64,000 nt of DNA, taken from the NCBI GenBank assembly GCA_964016885.1, contig OZ024756.1, positions 13,764,001-13,828,000 on the forward strand, given 5' to 3'. Under the pieces are notes generated by a model, which was not told where the DNA came from, made no database searches, and saw only the letters and a program-made list of their open reading frames with translations. The translations under genes were made by a program, and so were the position numbers. Of this stretch, positions 1-14,890 are shown piece after piece; the first letter of the stretch is position 1; every line of letters starts with the position of its first letter. The DNA comes from Eledone cirrhosa (lineage: Eukaryota).

Positions 1-3000
1 TGATGTTTGCTGCTGCAGTTGTTGTTTGCTGCTGCAGTTGTTGTTTGCTGTTGCAGTTGTTGATGTTTGTTGCTGTTGTTGATGTTTGCTGCTGCAGTTG
101 TTGATGTTTGCTGCTGCAGTTGATGTTTGCTGCTGCAGTTGTTGATGTTTGCTGCTGCAGTTGTTGATGTTTGCTGCTGCAGTTGTTGTTTGCTGCTGCA
201 GTTGTTGATGTTTGCTGCTGCAGTTGTTGTTTGCTGCTGCAGTTGTTGATGTTTGCTGCTGCAGTTGTTGATGTTTGCTGCTGCAGTTGTTGTTTGCTGC
301 TGCAGTTGTTGTTTGCTGCTGCAGTTGTTGATGTTTGCTGCTGCAGTTGTTGATGTTTGCTGCTGCAGTTGTTGTTTGCTGCTGCAGTTGTTGATGTTTG
401 CTGTTGCAGTTGTTGATGTTTGCTGCTGCAGTTGTTGATGTTTGCTGCTGCAGTTGTTGTTTGCTGCTGCAGTTGTTGATGTTTGCTGCTGCAGTTGTTG
501 TTTGCTGTTGCAGTTGTTGATGTTTGTTGCTGTTGTTGATGATGTTTGCTGCTGCAGTTGTTGATGTTTGCTGCTGCAGTTGTTGTTTGCTGCTGCAGTT
601 GTTGATGTTTGCTGCTGCAGTTGTTGATGTTTGCTGCTGCAGTTGTTGTTTGCTGTTGCAGTTGTTGATGTTTGCTGCTGCAGTTGTTGATGTTTGCTGC
701 TGCAGTTGTCGTTTGCTGTTGCAGTTGTTGATGTTTGCTGCTGCAGTTGTTGATGTTTGCTGCTGCAGTTGTTGATGCTGCTGCAGTTGTTGATGTTTGC
801 TGCTGCAGTTGTTGATGTTTGCTGCTGCAGTTGTTGTTTGCTGTTGCAGTTGTTGTTTGCTGTTGCAGTTGTTGATGTTTGTTGCTGTTGTTGATGTTTG
901 CTGCTGCAGTTGTTGTTTGCTGTTGCAGTTGTTGATGTTTGCTGTTGCAGTTGTTGATGTTTGCTGTTGCAGTTGTTGTTGCTGTTGCAGTTGTTGATGT
1001 TTGCTGCTGCAGTTGTTGATGCTGTTGCTGTTGTTGATGTTTGCTGCTGCAGTTGTTGATGTTTGCTGCTGCAGTTGTTGATGTTTGCTGCTGCAGTTGT
1101 TGTTGCTGTTGTTGATGTTTGCTGCTACAGTTGTTGATGTTTGCTGTTGCAGTTGTTGATGTTTGCTGCTGCAGTTGTTGATGTTTGCTGCTGCAGTTGT
1201 TGATGTTTGCTGCTGCAGTTGTTGATGTTTGCTGCTGCAGTTGTTGATGCTGTTGCTGCTGTTGTTGATGTTTGCGGCTGCAGTTGTTGATGTTTGCTGC
1301 TGCAGTTGTTGATGTTTGCTGCTGTAGTTATTGATATTTGTTGCTGCAGTTGTTGATGCTGTTGCTGTTGTTGATGTTTGCTGCTGCAGTTGTTGATGCT
1401 GTTGTTGATGTTTCCTGCTGCAGTTGTTGTTGCTGTTGTTGATGTTTGCTGCTACAGTTGTTGATGTTTGCTGTTGCAGTTGTTGATGTTTGCTGCTGCA
1501 GTTGTTGATGTTTGCTGCTGCAGTTGTTGATGTTTGCTGCTGCAGTTGTTGATGTTTGCTGCTGCAGTTGTTGATGCTGTTGCTGCTGTTGTTGATGTTT
1601 GCGGCTGCAGTTGTTGATGTTTGCTGCTGCAGTTGTTGATGTTTGCTGCTGTAGTTATTGATGTTTGTTGCTGCAGTTGTTGTTTGTTGCTGCAGTTGTT
1701 GATGCTGTTGCTGTTGTTGATGTTTGCTGCTGCAGTTGTTGATGCTGTTGCAGTTGTTGATGTTTGCTGCTGCAGTTGTTGATGTTTGCTGCTGCAGTTG
1801 TTGATGTTTGCTGCTGCAGTTGTTGATGTTTGCTGTTGCAGTTGTTGATGTTTGCTGTTGTTGATGCTGTTGCAGTTGTTGATGTTTGCTGCTGCAGTTG
1901 TTGATGCTGCTGCAGTTGTTGATGTTTGCTGCTGCAGTTGTTGATGTTAGTTGTTGATGCTGTTGTTGATGTTTGCAGCTGTTGATGCTGTTGCAGTTGT
2001 TGATGTTTGTGGCTGCAGTTGTTGATGTTTGCTGCTGCAGTTGTTGATGTTTGTGGCTGCAGTTGTTGATGTTTGCTGCTGCAGTTGCTGATGCTGTTGC
2101 TGTTGTTGATGTTTGCTGCTGCAGTTGTTGATGTTTGCTGCTGCAGTTGTTGATGCTGTTGCTGTCGTTGATGTTTGCTGCTGCAGTTGTTGTTTGTTGC
2201 TGCAGTTGTTGATGTTTGCTGCTGCAGTTGTTGATGTTTGCTGCTGCAGTTGTTGATGTTTGCTGCTGCAGTTGTTGATGTTTGCTGTTGCAGTTGTTGA
2301 TGTTTGCTGCTGCAGTTGTTGATGCTGTTTCTGTTGTTGTTTGCTGCTGCAGTTGTTGTTTGTTGCTGCAATTGTTGATGTTTGCTGCTGCAGTTGTTGA
2401 TGTTTGCTGCTGCAGTTGTTGATGTTTGCGGCTGCAGTTGTTGATGTTTGCTGCTGCAGTTGTTGATGTTTTCTGCTGCTGTTGTTGATGTTTGTGGCTG
2501 CAGTTGTTGATGTTTGCTGCTGCAGTTGTTGATGTTTGCGGCTGCAGTTGTTGATGTTTGCTGCTTCAGTTGTTGATGTTTGCGGCTGCAGTTGTTGCTG
2601 CTGTTGCTGTTGTTGATGTTTGCTGCTGCAGTTGTTGATGTTTGCTGTTGCAGTTGTTGATGCTGTTGCTGTTGTTGATGTTTGCTGCTGCAGTTGTTGA
2701 TGTTTGCTGTTGCAGTTGTTTATGTTTGCTGTTGCAGTTGTTGATGTTTGCTGTTGCACTTGTTGATGTTTGCTGCTGCAGTTGTTGATGCTGTTTCTGT
2801 TGTTGTTTGCTACTGCAGTTGTTGATGTTTGCTGCTGCAGTTGTTGATGTTTGCTGTTGCAGTTGTTGATGCTGTTGCTGTTGTTGATGTTTGCTGCTGC
2901 AGTTGTTGATGTTTGCTGTTGCAGTTGTTGATGTTTGCTGCTGCAGTTGTTGATGTTTGCTGCTGCAGTTGTTGATGCTGTTTCTGTTGTTGTTTGCTGC

Positions 3001-3240
3001 TGCAGTTGTTGATGTTTGCTGCTGCAGTTGTTGATGTTTGCTGTTGCAGTTGTTGATGCTGTTGCTGTTGCAGTTGTTGATGTTTGCTGTTGCAGTTGTT
3101 GATGTTTGCTGTTGCAGTTGTTGATGTTTGCTGTTGCAGTTGTTGTTGCTGTTGCAGTTGTTGATGTTTGCTGCTGCAGTTGTTGATGCTGTTGCTGCAG
3201 TTGTTGATGATGTTGATACTGTTGTTGCTGCTGTTGTTAC
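1..3240. repeat. Minisatellite, ~22-bp unit GATGTTTGCTGCTGCAGTTGTT with 19-bp and other variants; probably intronic
   Basis: Unit is reiterated directly from the window start to ~3240; the poly-Q/T/A ORFs are translations of the repeat. Confidence 0.97.
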
Positions 3241-3289
3241 TGATTTATTTTTATTTATTTTTTTTTTTAAATTATATATTGTAAATTAG

Positions 3290-3533
3290 GTTGAAACGAA
3301 ATGTTCGGTGGTGCGAATTTTTGGGTCGTACAATGATACAAACCCAAGTGAATCAGTGTTCGAGATCACAGGAACGGCATCTGACGGCCGACCTATGGTG
3401 TTGTTTGTGAAGGCTGACAAAAATGGCCGTCCCCTCTACCTGACGTTTGAAGCCAGTAAAATCAATACAACACAGAAGTTCTGCTACAACGGAAGTAAAT
3501 TCCACGTGAAATTCAATAAAGGGAAACCGATAG
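3290..3533 (+). CDS. Internal coding exon A of chitin-binding-domain protein gene (upstream exons not seen)
   Basis: T-rich tract then AG acceptor at 3288-3289; open frame VETKCSVVRIFGSYNDTNP...KFNKGKPI; donor AG|GTAAAG after 3533 (phase 1). Confidence 0.78.
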
Positions 3534-3589
3534 GTAAAGCAAGTTTTTCATCTTCCCCATTTTTGAGAATTCGACTTCATTAAAGAGAT

Positions 3590-4835
3590 AAATTTCTAGC
3601 CTTGTGCCTAAATTAGAAACCACCGTTATTTATGGTCCCGTGTGTTCTGAGTTCAAATCCTGCTGGGGTCAACTTTTCCTTTAATCTTTCCTGGTTCGAT
3701 ATAGTAAAGTACCAGTCAACTTTCCTCTCCTCACAAATTGTTAGTCTTGTGCCTAAATTAGATTGGCAGTATCGGTGGAGCGTCGGACAACATGTTTCAC
3801 GACATAGTTATGTCCCTTTATATTCTGAGTTTAAATCCTTCTGTCAACTTTGCCTTTCATTTTTCCTGGTTCGATTAAATAAAGTACCAGTAAAATACTG
3901 GGGTTGATGTAATCGACTTTCCTCTCCTCGTCTAATTGCTGGTCTTGTGCATAAATTAGATATTATTATTTTATGGTCCTTTTGGTGGATTGGCAGTATT
4001 GGTAGAGCGTCGGACACTATGCTTTGCAGCATGGAGTTATGGCCCTTTACTTTCTGAGTACAAATCCGGCCGAGGTTAGCTTTGCCTTTCATCTTTATTG
4101 GGTCAGTAAAATAAAGTACCAGTAACGCACTGGGTTGATATAATCGACTCCCCACCCCACAAATTGTTGACCTTGTGCCTATAGTAGAAATCATTATTTT
4201 ATGGTCCTTTCTGTTGAGTTCAAATCCCGCCGAGGTTAACTTTGCCTTTCATCCTTATGGGGTCGATAAAATAAAGTACCAGTAATGCACTGGGTAATTG
4301 CTGGCCCTGTGCCAAAAGTAGAAACAATTATTTTATGGTCCTTTCTGTTGAGTTCAAATCCGCCTGGGTCAAATTTGAATGTTTTCTTTGTATATACTTT
4401 AAACTTTAAATTTCTTCCCACCGAGGGACCACAGTTATACACTTTAAATTGTATCAAATGATCATATTGATTTTTTTTTTTTATATAATCGATAAAATCA
4501 TGAAGATATTGATATACTTGCTATACCTTAGTGGATTGGCAGTGTCGATTGAGTATTGGACAACATGCTTTGCGGCATATAGTTACGCCCCTTTATGTTC
4601 TAAGTTGAAATCCCGCCAAGGTTAGCTTTACCTTTCATCTTTACGGAGCCGATAAAATAAAGTACTAGTAATGTACTGGGGTTGATTTAATCGACTTTCC
4701 CTTCTCCAAAAATTGTTGGCCTTGTTTGTAAATCAGAAACCGTTATTATATCTTATACTTCTGTAGGGTGGTGGATTGGCAGATCGGTAGGGCGTCGGAT
4801 AACATTATTTGGGACATAGAGTTACGTCCCTTTAT
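3590..4835 (+). mobile_element. Cluster of head-to-tail tRNA-derived SINE copies (family A)
   Basis: Repeated GGATTGGCAGTATCGGTAGAGCGTCGGAC (A-box-like), GAGTTCAAATCCCGCCGAGG (B-box-like), GTCGATAAAATAAAGTACCAGT body and GGCCTTGTGCC...AGAAAC tail. Confidence 0.85.
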
Positions 4836-4894
4836 ATCGTATACCTCTCTATATACTACAATATTTTATCTTTTCTTCTGTTTTTTCTCTTCAG

Positions 4895-4987
4895 TTGGAA
4901 AAGTCGTCTGCGTTGAAAATGGCGTGATTCGCAATTGCTCAATTGTAGATATCATCACCAGCAAATGGTCGGATAAATTGTGTACAC
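4895..4987 (+). CDS. Internal coding exon B of chitin-binding-domain protein gene
   Basis: Strong polypyrimidine tract + TTCAG acceptor; reads (V)GKVVCVENGVIRNCSIVDIITSKWSDKLCT; GTAAGT donor; phase 1 at both ends, compatible with neighbouring exons. Confidence 0.85.
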
Positions 4988-5308
4988 GTAAGTATTTAAC
5001 CTTTTATATGGCGTCTATATTGTATCCTCGTCGTCACTTGACGTTCTCGTGAGAACGGGTTACGCAATGTATACTAGTATTTTCAATACATCACTCTCGT
5101 CATCTTTCGTTTGTAAAAGTCGCCATTTTGTTCGTTTGTACCAGGAAATATTTACATGACACATTGTGATTTCCTTTGTTTATTGTATTCACGAAATGAA
5201 AAACATGGATCCTATACACACATATATACATACACATACATGCATGCATGCATACACACATACACTCATTTTCGCAATTACACAGACACCTCCACACACT
5301 CACACGCG

Positions 5309-5357
<49 letters not shown>

Positions 5358-5394
5358 CGCACACACACATTATATATATATATATATTAATAAT

Positions 5395-5590
5395 AATAAT
5401 TGTTTCTACGTTAGGCACAAGGCCAACAATTACCCAGTGCATTACTGGTACTTTAGTTTATCAACCCCGTAAGGATGAAAGGCAAAGTCAACCTCGGTGG
5501 GATTTGAACTCAGATCGTAAAGGGACGTAACTATGCTGGAAAGCATGGCGTCCGACGCTCTACCGATACTGCCAATCCACCGCCCTATAA
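5395..5590 (-). mobile_element. SINE family A
   Basis: Reverse complement of the family A head, body and tail. Confidence 0.85.
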
Positions 5591-5811
5591 TAATAATAAC
5601 AATCCACAATAATAATAATAGTAATAATAAATACAAAGACCAAAATCCGGAGAGGGCTCGATAAGGATTGTATATATATATATAAAGTATATATAAACCC
5701 GTAGAGCAAATATCTATTATTAGTACAAATTAAAGTTTAAGCAAAGAACCGAGCTATAGAAAATGTTTTCCTATGGCCTCAGTAAGCAAACTATATATAT
5801 ATATATATATA

Positions 5812-5999
5812 TAGGAAAAAGTATGACCCCGACGGCAGAGCTCAAGCCGTTTCGACGGCTATAGTCCAGAAATAGCTGTCGAAACGGCTTGAGCTCTGCC
5901 GTTGGAGTCATACTTGTTTCTATTTCCCACTCTACTACCCTAAGTATTGAGTACTCTGGTACGTTATGGTCCATCTGGTTCCTTACCACAATTCCTTTG

Positions 6000-6001
<2 letters not shown>
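5812..6001. repeat. Hairpin (fold-back) element, family H, flanked by (TA)n
   Basis: ~110-nt inverted repeat GAGCTCAAGCCGTTTCGAC...GTCGAAACGGCTTGAGCTC plus an 80-nt tail that also occurs, inverted, at 56588-56772. Confidence 0.85.
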
Positions 6002-6029
<28 letters not shown>

Positions 6030-6041
<12 letters not shown>

Positions 6042-6241
6042 ATAGCTTTCACCGTATTTTTGACTAAAGGAATTTTAGCTTGATAACGGGGTTTAGAACC
6101 CTCAGATAAATGGAAAAAGATGAGTATTGACGTACATGCGTCAATACTCATCTTTTTCCATTTATCTGAGGGTTCTAAACCCCGTTATCAAGCTAAAATT
6201 CCTTTAGTCAAAAATACGGTGAAAGCTATATATTTTCTAAT
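6030..6241. repeat. Near-perfect 212-bp palindrome
   Basis: Arms TTAGAAAATATATAGCTTTCACCG... and ...CGGTGAAAGCTATATATTTTCTAA centred on GACGTACATGCGTC (6135/6136). Confidence 0.93.
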
Positions 6242-6318
6242 TCCAAACTCGCTCACTGTTTCAAAACATACTTACTTGCCAATATATATATAAACAAATA
6301 GTAAAAAGGAAAAAATTC

Positions 6319-8498
6319 AGTAGAAAATGTTGGAGGTACTTTTTCAGTATAATATCAAAACATTTATTCATAAAGTGGGTATTTCCGCATTTAATAGTGG
6401 TACCGGTTTCAGCATTATATGCTTTTTCAACAGCGGATGTACAAAGTGCAGTTAAGTCGATGCCAAATTCTACAGACAGAAAGCCGGGACTGCCATGGGT
6501 AGGAAAACGCCCCCCTCGTACGTCAACCTTGTTATGGGGATACTTGGAAATCACCCTCTACCTAAAAGTACTAGATAAATAGGGAAACCTACCTCCACAT
6601 AGAAAAAACTGGAAGAGATATCTGGATGATTGTTTTATCCTCTGGTATGAAAGTATGGAAAGGCTTACTGAATTTAAAACACTTCTAAATAGACTCAACA
6701 CAAACATTCAATCTACAATGGAATACAGCCATGAACAACTTCCTTTCCTCGACATCCTTATCAAGAAAACCAACAACAAAATAGAAACAGACATATACTA
6801 TAAGCCCACAGACTCCAAACAGTATCTTCCATTCAACTCATGTCACCCTAGACACACCAAAATGAATATTCCTTACAACCTAGCCAAAAGGATATGTACA
6901 ATAGTATCTGATAGAAACACCTGTTACATACGACAAGAAGAATTAAAGGACACACTCATTAGCAGGAATTACCCACCATCTGTAATCAACAATGGACTCC
7001 AACGTGCCCTAAAACTCAGTATCCTGGATCTTAGACACCCCAAACTAAAGAATGAATCAAAACTGAAAGCTCTACCATACATATCCACACACAACCCCCT
7101 TAACAATGAAGCCTTCGACACTATCCTCCAGAACATACCTTTACTAAAAAAAGACCTAAGAATGAATCAAATCCTTCAAATGCACAACAGAGCAAAAGAC
7201 AACCCAAATCAATGAAAAACGTCCTTGCACAGGCCAAAGTCCAGCTGACCCTCACAATGAAACCAACAGTAAAAAAATGCGGAAGACCCAACTATGGTAT
7301 ATGTGTCGGCCTAATAGAGGGATTGGAGTTCCACTTCAAACAAGGACAACACTTTACAGTTAAATACAATTTCACATGTGCATCAGAAAACCTGATTTGT
7401 GGGTTGACTTGCTCAGGTTGTCGAGAGCACTACATAGGACAGACTAAAAACAGTCTTCGCCAACGTATGACCGTCCACAGATCCCAAATTTAAAAAAAGA
7501 AATACAGAAAGATAGCACTGAGTGAACACATCATGACCTGCGCCTCTAATGAACAACCCAATTTCAGAATTTTTCCCCTCTACAAATTTAAAGACAACGC
7601 TTCCTACATCCAGTGCATTAGCAAGGAATCCCACTTTACTGCCAAATACGAACTCCTTCTAAATACATCTACTTCGGACTAAACTACAGCTGGCACACTT
7701 TAAAATTAACACTTTGGACAAATTAACCCTTTGGCAATGTATCCTTCTCCAAGATTCCAGCAACTTTTGACAACTATATAATGCAGATCAAGCAACCACA
7801 TAGAAACACCTAAATCAGCTAGTTCTTGAGGACTTTCACGAAGATAATCGGATAAATAGGAGCATTAAGGTCCGGTACGTTTTAGCTTCGAATCCCGCCA
7901 ATGTCATCCTTCATTTTAATCCTTCATGATCCTATAATATAGTTGGTAGCTATCCCATAATAGAATCGATGAAATCCCTTTTCTCCATTTCTCTGAATCT
8001 GGGAGTTTATGCTGAAGATAGAATTTGTATTTCAGTAATTCTGGATTTTTTTTCGTGGCAAAATTTAACCATTCAAGCCCATCCCACGCCCAGCTTGCCT
8101 TTGTAGCCATTATTGAAAGTGACTATCACAACAGATTGCTACCACACCGATGCCCTGTCGTCGTCTTCTTCTCCTCACCCACATCTCTCTCTCCTCCTCC
8201 TTCTCCCTCTCCTTCCACTACTACCAGTCGAAACCAGCAGTCAGAACCAAATATTTTAAACTACTACCACCTCTGTTAGCCAACTAACACAGAACGAAAA
8301 ATAACCTCGGACAGAGATATGTATGTAAAAACTAATAATTTTTCTTCCCCATTTTATTTTTATTCGTATAAATATGTAACTTAACTGCACTTTACACATC
8401 CACCGTTGAAAGAAGCATATAATGCTGAAACCGGTACCACTATTTATAAATAAATGTTTTGATATTATACTGAAAAAATACCTCCAACATTTTCTACT
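6319..8498 (+). mobile_element. 5'-truncated, decayed Penelope-like element (RT C-terminal half + GIY-YIG endonuclease) with inverted pseudo-LTR
   Basis: FYRQKAGTAMG, WKRYLDDCF, LPFLDI, TDIYYKPTD, SCHP, then CGRP.., TCSGCREHYIGQTKNSLRQRMTVH; frameshifts; 6319-6457 is an inverted copy of 8379-8498. Confidence 0.92.
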
Positions 8499-8565
8499 CC
8501 CTGGGTATATATATATATATATATATATAAATGACCTTTGATTCTTTAAACCTGTCTAATTTCAG

Positions 8566-9158
8566 CGACTGATGTCATAGCTGGAGCCCGCAATCCCTGC
8601 ACGCCAGATAAACTACGAGGCAAAGAATTGATATTTCCTTACCCTCATGATAACACCAAGTATTTGAAGTGTGACCTAAAGGGAAGGGTTTACGTGATCA
8701 AGTGTCCTGTCGGTCTTCGTTACCATCCACTGAGGCAGAACTGCGGCGATGAACACGTAACTCATCCCAAGAGAGTTATGTCACCCGAACATTCGCATCT
8801 TTGCACTTATGACAATCTCAAGCAAGGTCTTATATTCTTCCCGTTTCCCTCCGATAGTCATTTTTTCATCGAGTGTGATGTGTGGGGTCACGCTTGGGTA
8901 ATACCTTGCCCGGCGCAAACTAAATGGGAACCTTATGTTTCGGAATGTGTTTCCACTGTACGGACGACGCCCAGATCTTTGCCAAACCCATGTTCTCTCA
9001 AGGGTGTTTCTAAAGGGTCAGTTTACTATCCTTATCCACTGGATTCTCACAAATACATCCACTGCGATGACAACGCCAACCCCTGGATTCAATTCTGTCC
9101 TCCACACAAGGTTTTTGACTTGAAACTAAAAGCGTGTGTTTCATCCGGTAGTCAATGA
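8566..9158 (+). CDS. Terminal coding exon C: three tandem chitin-binding type-2 (peritrophin-A-like, 4-Cys) domains
   Basis: CTAAT branch-like site + TTCAG acceptor; phase 1; three repeats of C-x11-12-[YF]P[YF]P-x-D-x2-[KF][YF]-x2-C-x10-CP-x11-C; TGA at 9156-9158; AATAAA at 9968. Confidence 0.88.
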
Positions 9159-9289
9159 TAATTCCTAGATTTAGACTCCAAACAAAGCTGACGCCTCATT
9201 TTTATACAACAGTAAGGGAACACTGATTACCTGAGCAACAAACTCTTCTTTCACTGGTTTTTATAATATTATCGTTTTTAACTGTTGTT

Positions 9290-9795
9290 GGACCTCAGTC
9301 GTATACGTCGATGAGTACTTCAATTGATTCAACCTATGGAACTGCCTGCTCATGAAATTACGTGTAAGTAGCTGAACATTCCACAGACACGTGTACCTTT
9401 AATGTAGCTCTCAGGGATATTCAGCATTATACAATGTGTAAATAATGGTGGCTCCTTGAATTACCGCTACTGCTACAACTCAATTTTGCCAGTTAAGAGG
9501 ACTGAAGCAACGTGAAATAAAATATGTAGTAGTTTAGTAGTTAGGGTGTTGCTCGTAGGGTTGTGAGTTCGGATCAGGTTATATCCGGTACGTTATATTC
9601 TTGATCAAGATACTTTATTTCAAGCATCACTCAGCAGGTAATTCAAGAAGCCAGCTTTCACACTCGCCGTGTCACGCTAAATCTCTCTGAGAACTACGTT
9701 AAAGTTGCATATCTATGCGGAATGCTCAATCGTTCGCACGTTCATCTCATGAGGAGGCTGAAGCACTCGTCGTTGTAAACGACGGATGACCAGCA
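9290..9795. mobile_element. Two decayed SINE family B-like fragments in opposite orientation in the presumptive 3' UTR
   Basis: GAAGCAACGTGAAATAAA (minus) and GTTAGGGTGTT...GTGAGTTCG...TTGATCAAGATACTTTATTTC (plus) resemble 58010-58290. Confidence 0.55.
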
Positions 9796-9979
9796 ATATA
9801 AGTGTTGTACTTTAGCTACCATACAACAACAAACAGTAGTAATATTCTTGTTATTGTTGTTGTTGTTTTTTGTTGTTGTTGTTTTTGTGGCGGGGGGGGG
9901 GGTCTCTTTTTAATTCGCTTTTGTAGAATCTCTTTTATCTCTCATTTTTAATCCATCTTCTGTCTGAAATAAAGAAAAC

Positions 9980-10026
<47 letters not shown>

Positions 10027-10096
10027 TATATCATATCATATTCCTCGTTTTGCGTGTTTCTTCCTTTATGTCAGAGGTTCTCAAAGTGGGCGCTAA

Positions 10097-10555
10097 CACC
10101 ACTACCACCATCACTAACACCACTACCACCACCACTACCACCACTACCATCACTATCACCACTACCACCATCACTAACACCACTACCACCATCACTAACA
10201 CCACTACCACCACTACCATCACTATCACCACTATCACAATCACCACTACCACCATCGCTAACACCACTACCACCATCACTACCACCATCACTAACACCAC
10301 TAACACCACTACCATCGCTAACACCACTACCACCATCACTACCACCACTACCATCACTATCACCACTACCACCATCACTATCACCACTACCACCACCATC
10401 ACCACTACCACCACCACCATCACTACCACCATCACTAACACCACTACCACCACCACTACCACCACTACCATCACTATCACCACTACCACCATCACTACCA
10501 CCATCACTAACACCACTACCACCACCACTACCACCACCACTACCATCACTACCAA
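10097..10555. repeat. (ACC/ACT/ATC)n triplet repeat
   Basis: Direct sequence; preceded by an orphan hAT-like end CAGAGGTTCTCAAAGTGGGCGCTA at 10072. Confidence 0.95.
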
Positions 10556-11439
10556 CAACATAAACAACAAAGGAAATGCCATTAAGATGGTAATTACTCT
10601 TTGTTATAATTAAGTGGCTTGAAAACAAATCCAGTCTCCCAACTACCGCCTCACCTCCACACCATCCATCCCACACCACCTCTCCCACCTTCCACACCAC
10701 ACGTCACACCTCCCATACCACCTCACCCACCACACCACCCACCACACCACACACCTCCCCCACCAACCAGACTTCCTGAATTTAACTTAACATCTGTCGT
10801 CTTTAACACCCTTCCCCCTCCCCCCACACAAATTAATTGTAAATCTATTGTAATCTACATTGAATAATTAAAACTTTCTGAAATACACCCCCTTACCTTA
10901 TTAACTATTTCTAATTGCAATTAAATAACTGAGATTCAGGTATGTGAACACCCCCCCCCTCTCTCTCTCTGTATATATATATATATGTGTGTGTGTGTGT
11001 ATGTAGGAGGAATTTGTAGTTTACTTGACTAATTGTGTATGGTATATACAATTTGAAGTTAGAATAGCACAACAATGTGAAATAGACGACTAAAGAGGGA
11101 AACAAGATGTGTGCTTTAATTTACTTATATGTCCTGATATTTCGAGATTAAAAACTCTTCTTCCCAGAAAAATAAACACACGCAGCTGTTGGTTTTCACT
11201 TCTATTTATTATGATTTTCCGGTTGGTTGGTTGGTTCGATAACCGGAAGGTTGTTTATGTATTGTCAAAGCTCTTTCGTGACACCTTGTGGGACCTCCCT
11301 TTTATTTTGTGTATTGTGTGTTGTGTGCTTAGTTTGCGCATGCGTTACATCTGGGGGAGTTTGTGTGTGTGTGTTTTTTTAATATATTTGTTTATTTGTC
11401 ATTAGTTGATTGTTTGCTCTATATGTATATATGTAAAAT

Positions 11440-11716
11440 CTAAAGTCTGTCTTAAGCCAGTAGGCTCATTTGGCCGGTGCTTATAGCGATACCATGGCGT
11501 GAAGCGACAGAGAGTATAAGACACCCCACCCACACCCTGGACAGGACGCCATTCCGTCGAAGAGTTAAACCCCAGCTATTGCTGGTTCTCATTTTCAGCT
11601 GAGTATACTGGAGCTACGTGAAATGAAGTGTTTTTCTCAACACAACACGCAACCCAGGAGTAAAACCCACGACATTATAATCGTAAGGCCAATACCCTTA
11701 CCACTGGGCCACGTGC

Positions 11717-11720
<4 letters not shown>
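11440..11720 (-). mobile_element. tRNA-derived SINE (family B related)
   Basis: Reverse complement resembles 49893-50195 (GGCACGTGGCCCAGTGGTAAGG head). Confidence 0.75.

Positions 11721-14890
<3,170 letters not shown>

Noticed and set aside
1655-2759. Poly-Q/T ORFs
   Set aside because: 22-bp unit is not a multiple of three; frames switch and stop
10031-10700. Mucin-like Thr-rich ORF after the chitin-binding gene
   Set aside because: Lies beyond the stop codon and AATAAA; simple triplet repeat open in several frames
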